Shown here: one piece after another, positions 55,064 through 64,000 of the stretch | How the letters are laid out: each line of letters starts with the position of its first letter | How positions within the stretch are numbered: position 1 is the stretch's first letter | Assembly: GCA_020060465.1 (NCBI GenBank) | Contig: JAGVAD010000005.1 | Location: 46,003-110,002, forward strand | Source of the DNA: Anaerolineales bacterium | GTDB taxonomy: Bacteria; Chloroflexota; Anaerolineae; Anaerolineales; UBA4823 | DNA length: 64,000 nt | Direction of reading: 5' to 3' | Made by a program: the position numbers and the translations under genes | The notes under the pieces: model-generated | Seen by the model: only the letters and a program-made list of their open reading frames with translations | Told to the model about the DNA's origin: nothing | Database searches by the model: none

Positions 55064-55085
55064 TGTGTGCAAACGTTCTCACACA
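55064..55085 (+). promoter_or_regulatory. LacI-family-type operator palindrome
   Basis: TGTGTGCAAAC|GTTCTCACACA matches 9 of 11 positions per half-site. The core TGCAAACGTTCTCA resembles TGNAANCGNTNNCA. It lies directly downstream of the -10 element. Confidence 0.4.
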
Positions 55086-55233
55086 AAAATCCCCTTGACC
55101 TGGATGCGCGTACATTTGAATTTTCCCCACTCTAAGCACAAAGGAGGCGTTTTCGACTAAAATTATTGCTAGAGACCTCGTTCTGCCCGTCATATAGTTC
55201 CCGTCTATTGGATCATGCCGAGGAGATAAGGAA

Positions 55234-56586
55234 ATGAGGCAAAAGTTACAACCCCTTCTTCATTTGGCGTTGCTGGTCATGCTGTTTGCCGGTTGCGCTG
55301 CCCCTGCCGCTCAGCAGACTTCTGCCCCCGCCCCTGCCGAAACATCGCCCGCCGCTGAGAAAGTCAAACTGGTGGTGTGGTGGTGGGGCGAGCAAGAAGC
55401 GCCGGGCGCTCAAAAGTGGATGGACGAAACCATCGCTAAGTATCAAGAAGCAAACCCCAATGTTACCATCGAAGCTGTACTGCAATCCACCGACACCCTG
55501 ATCCCGGCTTTCCAGGCTGCCGCTGCAGCCAAAGAAGGCCCGGACATTCAGTATTTCTGGGGCGGCGTTTGGACGCTCGAATCGGTGTGGAGCGGCGCGC
55601 TGATCCCGTTGGATGATTTAATTCCAGCAGAAGAACGTGCGCATTATATCAACAACTTTGAGCGCGCCTTTGATGGGAAGCAATACGGGATCGGCTGGTA
55701 TCTCTCCGGCAACCCGTTTGTTTACAATCCCAAATTGTTCGAACAGGCCGGCCTGAGCACCACAGACTTGCCGGACACCTGGGATGAACTCAAAGCCGCC
55801 TGCACAAAGCTGAACGAAGCCGGCATTATCCCCATCGCCGGGGGACTTAAGGACGGCTGGTTTGGTGGCTGGTTGTTCTCCATCGTTGGTCGCCAACCAC
55901 ACGATAGCGAAAAAGCTTTCATGGAGGCTTCGGTTGGCAAATCCAAATTCACCGATCCGCAGTTTGCCGAGTGGTGGTCGCGGATGAAAGAATTGATTGA
56001 CGCTGGCTGCTGGAACAAGGACATCAACTCATTGGATTACCAGCAAGGTCAGGACTTGTTCGTACAGGGCAAGGCTGCCATGATCTTCGGCAACGACACC
56101 TTCCTTAAAGGTTGGGCGGATGTTATCGGCTGGGATCAGATCGGCGTGATGCCGGTGCCTAAATACAGCTCAGGAAAACTGGCGGATACTTATGTAGTCA
56201 CTGCCCAGGGCTGGGGAATTACTTCGTGGAGCAAGTATCCCAAGCAGGCGGCGGATTTCCTGATGTTCATGCACACTCCTGAGCGACTGAACGCCTGGTT
56301 CCAATATACAGGCGTGTTCCCGGCGGATGATCGCCTGGACACCAGTTTGATCACGATCCCACAGCTCAAGCAAATATTTGAGTGGGATACCACGCGACCC
56401 GGCCCGAACCTGGAAAACTTCATCCCCAGCATGTTGGACGAACAATCGAATTTTGCCGGGGCGCAATTGCTCTTCGCTGGCGAGAAGACGCCTGAGGAAC
56501 TGGCTCAGATGGCGGAAGAAGTCATCGCTAAGTGGCGCGAGCAAAATCCAGACGCGGTCAAAAACTTTGAGCTTTGGCTCAAGTGA
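55234..56586 (+). CDS. sugar ABC transporter substrate-binding lipoprotein (family 1 SBP)
   Basis: Lipobox LFAGC and the typical SBP_bac_1 length and composition. It heads a three-gene operon. Confidence 0.8.
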   Translation: MRQKLQPLLHLALLVMLFAGCAAPAAQQTSAPAPAETSPAAEKVKLVVWWWGEQEAPGAQKWMDETIAKYQEANPNVTIEAVLQSTDTLIPAFQAAAAAKEGPDIQYFWGGVWTLESVWSGALIPLDDLIPAEERAHYINNFERAFDGKQYGIGWYLSGNPFVYNPKLFEQAGLSTTDLPDTWDELKAACTKLNEAGIIPIAGGLKDGWFGGWLFSIVGRQPHDSEKAFMEASVGKSKFTDPQFAEWWSRMKELIDAGCWNKDINSLDYQQGQDLFVQGKAAMIFGNDTFLKGWADVIGWDQIGVMPVPKYSSGKLADTYVVTAQGWGITSWSKYPKQAADFLMFMHTPERLNAWFQYTGVFPADDRLDTSLITIPQLKQIFEWDTTRPGPNLENFIPSMLDEQSNFAGAQLLFAGEKTPEELAQMAEEVIAKWREQNPDAVKNFELWLK

Positions 56587-56684
56587 GCCGTCAAAGGATT
56601 TACCCGCGGATTATTGATATTGAATAATATGGAGGCAGCGACAGTTGTAGGCCCAGAGGCAAGCTGTCGTCAGTGATCGGTCAG

Positions 56685-56739
56685 GCTGAGCCTGTCGAAG
56701 AATTTGTAAGTTGCGCCAACCAGCTTCGACAGGCTCAGC
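56685..56739 (+). other. intercistronic stem-loop (16-bp perfect stem, 23-nt loop)
   Basis: GCTGAGCCTGTCGAAG (56685-56700) pairs with CTTCGACAGGCTCAGC (56724-56739), between the SBP and permease genes. Confidence 0.6.
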
Positions 56740-56758
56740 GCGCAATACACAATATTCT

Positions 56759-57631
56759 ATGCAGAAAAAGATCGAACCCTTCCTCTACCTGGCGCCAGCG
56801 TTGCTCGTATTTATCTTGATATTTGGCTATCCGTTGGCGCGCCTGGCGGTGATGAGCCTCCAGCGGCCATCGCAAGGTCAGCAGACATTCGTTGGTTTGA
56901 CCAATTACAAATCCATCTTCAGCGATAGCGTGTTCTTGACGGCAGTAAAGAACAACGCCATGTTGTTGATCTGTGTGCCGATCATGGTAGTGATTGCCCT
57001 GATCCTGGCGGTGTTCTTGTTTGAACGCATTCGCGGCTGGCAGTTTTATCGCACCACGCTGTTCTTGCCGTACCTCTTGCCGATCACAGTAGTGGGGTTG
57101 GTATTTTCGTATATCTTCCAACTCAGCGGGGTGCTTAATGAATTTTTGGCGCTTATCGGGCTGGAACGGTTGGGGTTGGACTGGTTAGGCAGTCCACGCT
57201 ACGCCCTGTACACGCTCATGTTCGTTGTGATCTGGAAAGAAGTCGGTTTTGGCGTGGTGCTGTTTTTGGCGCGGCTGATGTCGGTAGAAGAGGAGTTGTT
57301 CGACGCCGCCAAAATTGATGGCGCCAACTGGTGGCAGCTCCAGTGGTATATCACCGTGCCGCAGTTAGCGACGGTGATCGAGTTCTTCACCGTGGTTTCG
57401 GTGATCACGATGCTTTCCTGGGTATTTAATTATGTTTATGTGATGACCGCCGGCGGTCCCGGCAATTCAACGATGGTTACTGAGCTATACATCTATCTGA
57501 CGGGTTTCCGTTATAACCAAATGAACATTGCCTCCGCCGTCGCGGTGCTTTTGCTGCTGGTGACCGGCGTTTTGATCTTTTTAGAATTGCGGCTGCGCGA
57601 ACGCTCCGAGCTGATGCAGGTGGTTGGATGA
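56759..57631 (+). CDS. sugar ABC transporter permease (MalF/UgpA-like)
   Basis: Six TM helices and the EAA-loop region EEELFDAAKIDGANWWQLQWYITVPQL. The start is at ATG 56759. Confidence 0.85.
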   Translation: MQKKIEPFLYLAPALLVFILIFGYPLARLAVMSLQRPSQGQQTFVGLTNYKSIFSDSVFLTAVKNNAMLLICVPIMVVIALILAVFLFERIRGWQFYRTTLFLPYLLPITVVGLVFSYIFQLSGVLNEFLALIGLERLGLDWLGSPRYALYTLMFVVIWKEVGFGVVLFLARLMSVEEELFDAAKIDGANWWQLQWYITVPQLATVIEFFTVVSVITMLSWVFNYVYVMTAGGPGNSTMVTELYIYLTGFRYNQMNIASAVAVLLLLVTGVLIFLELRLRERSELMQVVG

Positions 57632-58467
57632 ATCGCCGCGATCTGTTTCTCCGTTGGATTGGGGTCATTATACGTCAGGGTTCGGTTTTCCTGGCGACGC
57701 TGTTATCTTTGTTCCCGGTTTATTTCATGACCGTTTCAGCCTTTAAGACCCGGGCGGAATACATCGCCGACAAATGGGGGCCGCCAAACTCCCTCTATTG
57801 GGCGAACTTTACCACAGCCGTAGCGGGGGAGAAGTTCTTCATCCGTTTCGCCAACAGCGCAATTTTGACGGTGGGATCGGTAGCGGTCTCTTTGATTGTT
57901 GCCTGTTTGGCTGCTTATGCATTTGCGCGCATGGAATTCCCCGGCAAGCGCACCCTGTTTAACCTGATCCTCTCGCTCATGGTGGTGCCTCCGGTGGTGA
58001 TGGTGGTGCCTTTGTTTGTCTCCATGGTGCGCTGGGGACTGGTAAACTCCTATACCGGCACAACCCTGATCTATATTGGGCTGTTGTTGCCGTTCTCTAT
58101 TTATATGATGACCAATTTCTTCCGCACGATCCCCTGGGAGATCATCGAAGCAGCGCGCATTGACGGCTGCTCGTCGTTTGGCGTGCTGTGGCGCATCATG
58201 ATGCCGCTTTCCGCACCGGCGCTGATCACGCTCATCGTGGTCAACGCGCTGTGGGTCTGGAATGAACTGCTCATCGCGCTGGTCTTCATGCAAAAGGACG
58301 AGCTAAAAACGCTGATGGTAGGAATTGCGGCGCTGCGTTCACGCAATTATGTGGATATTCCAGCGACCATGGCTGGACTGTTGATCGCCACGATCCCCAT
58401 TCTTGTGGTGTATATGTTCGGACAGCGCTACTTCATCCGCGGACTGACCGGCGGGGCGGTGAAGTAA
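57628..58467 (+). CDS. sugar ABC transporter permease (MalG/UgpE-like)
   Basis: EAA loop WEIIEAARIDGCSSFGVLWRIMMPLS. It overlaps the previous gene by 4 nt. Confidence 0.85.
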   Translation: MNRRDLFLRWIGVIIRQGSVFLATLLSLFPVYFMTVSAFKTRAEYIADKWGPPNSLYWANFTTAVAGEKFFIRFANSAILTVGSVAVSLIVACLAAYAFARMEFPGKRTLFNLILSLMVVPPVVMVVPLFVSMVRWGLVNSYTGTTLIYIGLLLPFSIYMMTNFFRTIPWEIIEAARIDGCSSFGVLWRIMMPLSAPALITLIVVNALWVWNELLIALVFMQKDELKTLMVGIAALRSRNYVDIPATMAGLLIATIPILVVYMFGQRYFIRGLTGGAVK

Positions 58468-58488
58468 GGTGAAACATCTGTAGCTGAC

Positions 58489-58893
58489 TCATTCGTTCAC
58501 GATTTCGTAATCGCGGGTGATTTCAACGCAATCACGCAACGTTGCATAAGTGGCGCAGTATTTTGTTTCGCTTAGCTCAATGGCGCGGCGGATCTGTTTC
58601 TCATCGAGATCTCGACCGGTGAACTTGTAATGAATATGGATGCGGCGAAAGCGCCACGGCGGCTGCTCATCACGCAGGCTCTCGGCGGTTGCCTGCAAGC
58701 CTGTTAATTGTTGGCGCTGCTTTTGTAGAATTGATGCAATGTCCCACACGGCGCAGCCAATCACGCTCAACGGCAGCAGATCGGCGCCGTTCACGCCACC
58801 GGGCTGCGTCATCACAATCGGAAAACCGGAACGATCTTGCATCAGGAACACTTGATCGCGCACCCAGTCAACAGCAACTGTTTCGTTGGACAT
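58489..58893 (-). CDS. OsmC/Ohr-family protein
   Basis: 134 aa with two conserved Cys contexts (LSVIGCAVWD and SETKYCATYATL) typical of OsmC-like peroxiredoxins. Confidence 0.6.
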   Translation of the reverse strand: MSNETVAVDWVRDQVFLMQDRSGFPIVMTQPGGVNGADLLPLSVIGCAVWDIASILQKQRQQLTGLQATAESLRDEQPPWRFRRIHIHYKFTGRDLDEKQIRRAIELSETKYCATYATLRDCVEITRDYEIVNE

Positions 58894-59061
58894 TGCCTCT
58901 CCTCATAATAGATGGTTCTGTTAAAATATACACGATATTCTATACCTGTTTGGTGAGATTTGGTTGTAAAATCTTTTGGGTTGATATGGCTGAGACCACC
59001 CACAGCGTTGCCCTGTACGCGCGCTGGCCGATTCACCTCTGACATTATTGGTTGACCTCTC

Positions 59062-60666
59062 ATGATCCAGTTCACCACTCCCTTATCTATCCGCCTGGGC
59101 GTCATCGGCGCGGGCACCATGGGCAGCGGCATCGCGCTAACTGCCTTGCTCGCCGACATGTACGTGACTCTATATGATATTGATTTACAGACGCTGGAAC
59201 GCGCCTGGAATTCTATTGACCGCTACCTGGCGCGCAAATCCAGGTCCAGCAATCTGACCCATCTCAAATTAACCTCTGAATGGGAGGACCTGGGCAAAGC
59301 TAATTTCATCATCGAAGCTGTTCCAGAAGATCTGGCGATTAAGCAAGACCTGTTCTCCCGCCTGGACGCTTTGTGTCCACCGCCGGCCATTCTGGCAACC
59401 AATACCAGCACGTTGGCGGTGACGGCCATTGCCGCTGCGACTCAATACCCTGAACGTGTGGTGGGCATGCATTTCTTTAACCCGGCGCCCGTGTTGCCGT
59501 TGGTCGAAGTCGTACGCGCCGCGCAGACCGACGACGCTGCGGTTCAGGCGGCGGTGGCGGCGGCAAAGTTCCTGGGAAAAACGCCGGTTGAAGTGCGCGA
59601 TACCCCTGGCTTCATTGTCAACCGCGTGGCGCGTCCTTTCTATGGCGAGGCGCTGCGCCTGGCTGGCGAAGGGGCAGCCAGCTATGAGGTCATTGACCGC
59701 GTTGTGCGCCTGGGCGGCGGGTTTAAGATGGGGCCGTTTCAACTGATGGATCTGATTGGCATAGATGTCAACCTGGCCGCCACGCAATCCATGTACGAAC
59801 AGACTTACGGCGAGCCGCGTTACCGGCCGCATTATTTGCAAGTGCAAATGACGCAGCAAAAGGCTTTAGGGCGCAAGACCGGGCGCGGCTTCTATAACTA
59901 TGACTCAGAGCCGCCTTTTGACGATTCGCTCCGCCTGCCCGCCGGTTTGGGCGTAGCCAAGGGTCCCGGTGAGCAGGCAGTGTACCTTGCTGCGGGCGAC
60001 TGGGCGCCGGGGATGGCGCAAGCCTGCCGGCAAGCCGGTTATTTGCTGGCAGCCGCGCCGGGCGCGGGTTACCTCGCGCTGTCGCCCACGTCGGATTCGG
60101 TTGGGCTGGTTGCAGTGGGTTATTCAGAGGGGCTGAAGGAAAGGCTTGCCAGCCTGGAACGCCAGCTTCCCTCTGAAGCATTGATCCTGTGCCAATGCGC
60201 CGACGTTACATTGACGGAGCTGGCTGCCGAGATGAATACTCCTGAACGGTTGGTGGGCTTCGATGGCCTGTTCTTTGCTGGCGGACAGGTCGCCACGTTG
60301 GTCGCCAGCCCTGTGCTGACGGATCGGGCGCGCCGGGCGGCGGAGACTTTTATCGCCAGCCTGGGGCGGCTGCCGATCTGGGTGAACGACTCGCCAGGGC
60401 TGATCTTGCCGCGCATGGTTTGTATGCTGGCGAATGAGGCCGCCTTTGCCGCCGGAGAAGGGATCGCTGAGCCAGAGGAGATTGACCGCGCTATGCAGCT
60501 TGGCGTTAATTATCCAAAAGGACCACTGGCCTGGGCGCGCCAGTTGGGTCTTGCCCGCGTCGTCGCGGTATTGGATCATCTACACGCTGAATTGGGGGAA
60601 GAGCGCTACCGCGTTGCGCCTCTGTTGCGGCGATGGGCGAGGCTGGAAAAGTTGACCCGCTACTAA
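59062..60666 (+). CDS. 3-hydroxyacyl-CoA dehydrogenase, PaaH-like with duplicated C-terminal domain
   Basis: NAD site IGVIGAGTMGSGIA, FFNPAPVLPLVEV and PGFIVNRV are present. A second 3HCDH_C-like segment sits at the C-terminus (PGLILPRMVCMLANEAAF...GVNYPKGPLAWA). Confidence 0.75.
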   Translation: MIQFTTPLSIRLGVIGAGTMGSGIALTALLADMYVTLYDIDLQTLERAWNSIDRYLARKSRSSNLTHLKLTSEWEDLGKANFIIEAVPEDLAIKQDLFSRLDALCPPPAILATNTSTLAVTAIAAATQYPERVVGMHFFNPAPVLPLVEVVRAAQTDDAAVQAAVAAAKFLGKTPVEVRDTPGFIVNRVARPFYGEALRLAGEGAASYEVIDRVVRLGGGFKMGPFQLMDLIGIDVNLAATQSMYEQTYGEPRYRPHYLQVQMTQQKALGRKTGRGFYNYDSEPPFDDSLRLPAGLGVAKGPGEQAVYLAAGDWAPGMAQACRQAGYLLAAAPGAGYLALSPTSDSVGLVAVGYSEGLKERLASLERQLPSEALILCQCADVTLTELAAEMNTPERLVGFDGLFFAGGQVATLVASPVLTDRARRAAETFIASLGRLPIWVNDSPGLILPRMVCMLANEAAFAAGEGIAEPEEIDRAMQLGVNYPKGPLAWARQLGLARVVAVLDHLHAELGEERYRVAPLLRRWARLEKLTRY

Positions 60667-62540
60667 CGCGGCTGCGCCTGCTTGCACCCCTCCACAATCT
60701 CGGCGGATAGATCGTAACGCCCAAACTGCGGCATGAGATATACCCCGCTCGCCCAGGGACGCATTTGCTCGATCAATTCTAAGGCAATGCGCACGCCCTC
60801 CCATGGGGCGTCATTACCGGCTTTGCGAATGCGTTCTTGCATGGCCTCGGAAATCAAGATGCCCGGCACCTCGTTGTGCAAGAAGGCAGCATGACGCACG
60901 CTGTATAAGGGCAGCACGCCGACCAGAATGGGGATTTCGATAGGGCCGTGCTGGTCAACGATACGGCGGATGAAAGCTTCTGCGGCTGGCGGATCGAACA
61001 CCGGCTGCGTGAGGATGAAGTCCGCCCCAGCTTTGATTTTACGCAACAAGTTCTTGATCTCGCGTTCCGGGTCTTGCGGACATAGGTTTAGCGCGCAGCC
61101 TACAAAGAACGAAGTTGGTTGACCAATATCCACCCCGGCGTGATCTTGCCCCAAATTGAAGTTTTGTTTGATCAATCGGATCAGCCCAGAAGGGGTCAGA
61201 TCGTAATTGTCCATGGCGTCGGGGTAGTCGCCAATCGCCGTAGGATCGCCCATGACAACAAACACATTGCGAATGCCCAGCGAGTGCGCTGCCAGCAGAT
61301 CGCCCTGTACACGCAGCAGATTGCGCCCGCGAGTTGGGAAGTGCAGCGTGGTATCCACCCCCACCTGACGCTGTATCAGGTCGCACACTGCCCAGGGGCT
61401 CATGCGCATACGCGCCATTGGGCTATCGGCCACATTGATCACGTCCGCGCCAGCTTCCGCCAGCAGGCTGGCGCCAGCTAACAGCTTGTGAGTGGACAAA
61501 CCGCGCGGTGGGTCCATCTCGACGGCGACCACAAATTTCCTCTCCGCTAGTTTCTGCGCCAGCGGCGAAGGCGGCTGCGTTGCCCCAGCCAGTTCTTCGC
61601 TCTCCACAGGCAGATATAGCTCGCTGATGGAGGGGCCGCAGCCTTCCGGCAAGCGCGCCAGGGCGGCGTGCATCGCAGCGATGTGTTGGGGTGTGGTGCC
61701 GCAACAGCCGCCGACCAGGCGGGCGCCGGCTTCGCAAAACGCCAGGGCGTAATCGCCAAAATATTGCGGGTTGGCCGGGTACATAATGCGTCCGCCTACT
61801 TGCTCCGGCCAACCGGCGTTGGGCATCGCCGAGAAGCGCGCTCCGGGCGCTGCCTGCGCCATCTGCCGCAGGATGCGCCAGATTTGCGCCGGCCCGCCGG
61901 AACAATTCACGCCGATCACATCTGCCCCGCATTCCGTCAACTTACGCGCTACCGCAACTGGTGAGTCGCCTAACAGGGTGCGGTCATCACGGGTGTAGGT
62001 CATGGAAGCCACTACGGGCAGGTTGCATACCTGTCGGGCGGCGGCGATTGCCTCGCATAGCTCAATCAGATCGCTGAACGTTTCGATGATCAGCAGATCC
62101 GCGCCCGCCTCCGCTAATGCCCGAATCTGCTCTGCGAAAGCCAACCGCGCCTGATCGGGCTGGACGCGTCCAAAGGGCGCCAGGCGCACACCCAATGGGC
62201 CGACATCACCGGCAATATAGACGTCTTTCGCGGATGCCTCAGCCGCGCGTCGCGCCAGCTCCACCCCGGCGCGGTTGATCTCAGCTACCTGACCCTCTAA
62301 CCCATGCGCGGCGAGCTTATATCGGTTCGCGCCAAAGGTGTTGGTCTGGATCACCTGCGCCCCGGCTTCAATATACTCGCGGTGAATATCAGTCACCAAA
62401 GAGGGTTGAGCCAGGTTGAGGGCGTCAAAACACTGGTCAAAGCTCACCCCACGCGCGTTGAGCAGGGTGCCCATTGCCCCATCAGCCAGCGCCGGAGCGG
62501 TTGAATGGTCGAGCAGAGTCAGGAACTCTATTTTGGGCAT
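60663..62540 (-). CDS. bifunctional homocysteine S-methyltransferase domain / 5,10-methylenetetrahydrofolate reductase (YitJ-like)
   Basis: The N-terminal Hcy-binding domain (ADGAMGTLL...IQTNTFGAN...GGCCGTTPQHI) is followed by an MTHFR domain (FVVAVEMDPPRG...HFPTRGRN...ILTQPVFD). Confidence 0.8.
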   Translation of the reverse strand: MPKIEFLTLLDHSTAPALADGAMGTLLNARGVSFDQCFDALNLAQPSLVTDIHREYIEAGAQVIQTNTFGANRYKLAAHGLEGQVAEINRAGVELARRAAEASAKDVYIAGDVGPLGVRLAPFGRVQPDQARLAFAEQIRALAEAGADLLIIETFSDLIELCEAIAAARQVCNLPVVASMTYTRDDRTLLGDSPVAVARKLTECGADVIGVNCSGGPAQIWRILRQMAQAAPGARFSAMPNAGWPEQVGGRIMYPANPQYFGDYALAFCEAGARLVGGCCGTTPQHIAAMHAALARLPEGCGPSISELYLPVESEELAGATQPPSPLAQKLAERKFVVAVEMDPPRGLSTHKLLAGASLLAEAGADVINVADSPMARMRMSPWAVCDLIQRQVGVDTTLHFPTRGRNLLRVQGDLLAAHSLGIRNVFVVMGDPTAIGDYPDAMDNYDLTPSGLIRLIKQNFNLGQDHAGVDIGQPTSFFVGCALNLCPQDPEREIKNLLRKIKAGADFILTQPVFDPPAAEAFIRRIVDQHGPIEIPILVGVLPLYSVRHAAFLHNEVPGILISEAMQERIRKAGNDAPWEGVRIALELIEQMRPWASGVYLMPQFGRYDLSAEIVEGCKQAQPR

Positions 62541-62666
62541 TCTTCGCCTCGATCTGGATTTACAGCCGTCGCTTACGACCGGACTGAAAGATTGCGCCTA
62601 TTTTACTCCGAATTGGGGTGACTTTCACTGCAATTGTCAACCGTTGCGTTTCTTTACCGGTCAGTT

Positions 62667-62675
62667 TGTTATAAT
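62667..62675 (+). promoter_or_regulatory. candidate extended -10 promoter element for the sbcC-like gene
   Basis: TGTTATAAT lies ~53 nt upstream of ATG 62728. No good -35 element is present. Confidence 0.3.
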
Positions 62676-62727
62676 CTCTCCTATCCAGGCGTTCGCTGGT
62701 CATAACCTGTTCACGTTCTATCATGCG

Positions 62728-64000
62728 ATGATACCGTTACACCTTTCAATTGCTGGGTTTTTATCTTATCGCGAGCCGGTCGAATTGGATTTCACCCGTT
62801 TCGACCTGGCGTGCATCTCCGGCCCAAATGGCGCGGGAAAGTCGTCCTTGCTGGACGCCATCACCTGGGCGTTGTTTGGTCAGGCGCGCAAACGCGATGA
62901 TTCGCTCATCAATGCTCAATCCTCCGCGGCAAAGGTCAGCCTGGCATTTGCGTACGAAGGGAATGTTTACCGCGTGTTACGCGCCAAGCCGCGCGACAAG
63001 ACGGCATTGCTGGAATTCCACATCTTGCAGCGCGACGCAACATTCAATGCAGACGATTGGAGCGATCTCTCTGGCGCATGGCGGCCGTTGACCGAACGCA
63101 GCCTGCGGGAGACCGAAGCGCGCATCCAGCAGACGCTGCGCATGGATTACGAGACCTTCACCAACGCTTCCTTCTTCTTGCAGGGCAAGGCTGACCAGTT
63201 TACCCAACAGCGCCCCGGCGATCGCAAGCGCATCCTGAGCAGCATCCTGGGGTTGGAGATCTGGGAAAGCTATAAAGAGCGCGCCGCCCAACGGCGCAAA
63301 GACGTGGAAGCGGAAATTCGCAGCCTGGATGGGCGATTGCAAGAAATAAACGCTGAACTGGCTGAGGAAAAAAACCGTAAACAACGATTGGCTGAGTTGG
63401 AAGCCGATCTGGAGCGCCTCAGCCAACAGCGGCAAAGCCAGGATCTTGTAGTGCAGAATGCGCGCCAGATTTACGCCACGCTGTTGGAGCAAGAACGGCT
63501 GGTAGAAGCGCTCCAGCGCCAGGTTGAGGCGGCTGAAAAACGCCTTCTTGATACGCAGGAATTGCTGCTCGTTCGCCAGCAGGAACGCAGCGGTTATGCT
63601 GAAATTTTGGCGCGTGCGGAGGAAATTCAGGCGAGATATGAAGCCTGGCAGCAGGCGCGGCGAGCTTTGGAACAGTTTGAAAAAATCGCCGCTCAATTTC
63701 GTGAGCAGGAGAAACAACGAGAAGCTCCACGCCTGGAAATCCAAACCGCCCGCGCCCGCTTGGAACAAGAATTGCAGGGATTAATCACCCGCCAGGCAGA
63801 GATCGAAGCCAGCGCAGGCGAAATAGCTGACCTGAAACAACGCCTCCAGGCAGTGCAATCGGAGGCGAAACGCGCCGAAGAGCGACGGGCGTTCCGTTTG
63901 GAATTGGAGGCTCGGTTGCAGCGAGCGATCCAGCAGCAGGCAGAGGCGCGCGCCGAAAACCCACGACTGAAGAAAGAGATGGATGAGCTGAAGGCGCGTC
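62728..64000 (+). CDS. sbcC: SbcC/Rad50-like SMC-family ATPase, 5' part (runs off window end)
   Basis: Not in the ORF track because there is no stop in the window. I translated MIPLHLSIAGFLSYREPVELDFTRFDLACISGPNGAGKSSLLDAITWALFGQARKRDD... followed by an uninterrupted coiled-coil to position 64000. The tracked ORFs 62750-63091(+) and 62977-63768(-) are off-frame or antisense artefacts. Confidence 0.75.
   Translation, partial: MIPLHLSIAGFLSYREPVELDFTRFDLACISGPNGAGKSSLLDAITWALFGQARKRDDSLINAQSSAAKVSLAFAYEGNVYRVLRAKPRDKTALLEFHILQRDATFNADDWSDLSGAWRPLTERSLRETEARIQQTLRMDYETFTNASFFLQGKADQFTQQRPGDRKRILSSILGLEIWESYKERAAQRRKDVEAEIRSLDGRLQEINAELAEEKNRKQRLAELEADLERLSQQRQSQDLVVQNARQIYATLLEQERLVEALQRQVEAAEKRLLDTQELLLVRQQERSGYAEILARAEEIQARYEAWQQARRALEQFEKIAAQFREQEKQREAPRLEIQTARARLEQELQGLITRQAEIEASAGEIADLKQRLQAVQSEAKRAEERRAFRLELEARLQRAIQQQAEARAENPRLKKEMDELKAR

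Noticed and set aside
62541-62727. SAM, cobalamin or THF riboswitch upstream of the Hcy-MT/MTHFR gene
   Set aside because: I looked for conserved core strings (the SAM-I GAGGGA...GCAACC...GGUGCUAA pattern and the B12 box) and did not find them. I cannot exclude a divergent class without a covariance-model scan.
62750-63768. ORFs 62750-63091(+) and 62977-63768(-) as genes
   Set aside because: The first is an off-frame reading and the second an antisense reading of the sbcC-like gene. The true frame, from ATG 62728, gives a clean Walker A and coiled-coil sequence and is open to the window end.

Overview
This is a GC-rich bacterial chromosomal window with roughly 55 genes, most on the minus strand. 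The gene content (DUF2298 'YYY'-motif and GT-C-type giant membrane proteins, frequent TTG/GTG starts, weak SD sites) suggests a Chloroflexota/Anaerolineae-like genome, but that is inference only. The backbone includes cydAB, tandem DUF2179 genes, an alpha-glucan phosphorylase, rpsF-ssb-rpsR, a membrane-anchored parvulin, smc, rnc and fabF. It continues with a thrC-like gene, a moaD-moaE fusion, moaC, a sulfate ABC transporter locus with an embedded two-component system, a large orphan histidine kinase, three tandem PlsC-family acyltransferases and cmk. Next comes a ~15 kb envelope-glycosylation-type cluster of giant polytopic membrane proteins. The window ends with lepA, an MttB-family methyltransferase, a sugar ABC transporter, an OsmC-like gene, a PaaH-like dehydrogenase, a homocysteine-methyltransferase/MTHFR fusion and a truncated sbcC-like ATPase. 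The stand-out region is a ~3.8 kb island (about 16.17-20.45 kb) wedged between moaC and cysW and bracketed by two same-orientation arrays of a 27-28 bp hairpin repeat. The island encodes a 990-aa TM / NACHT / FGE-sulfatase-domain STAND NTPase. Its last ~40 codons differ from an Asn-codon-rich copy 3 kb away almost only at that copy's adenines, which is the signature of a diversity-generating retroelement (DGR) variable region / template repeat pair. Immediately downstream of the target gene lies only a ~40-codon N-terminal remnant of a DGR-type reverse transcriptase, abutting a relic of the cysW 3' end. The cassette therefore looks like a decayed or trans-dependent DGR diversifying a defence-type NTPase sensor. 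I recognised no tRNA, rRNA, CRISPR, integrase or transposase. Coordinates of non-CDS elements were read by eye and may be off by 1-2 nt.
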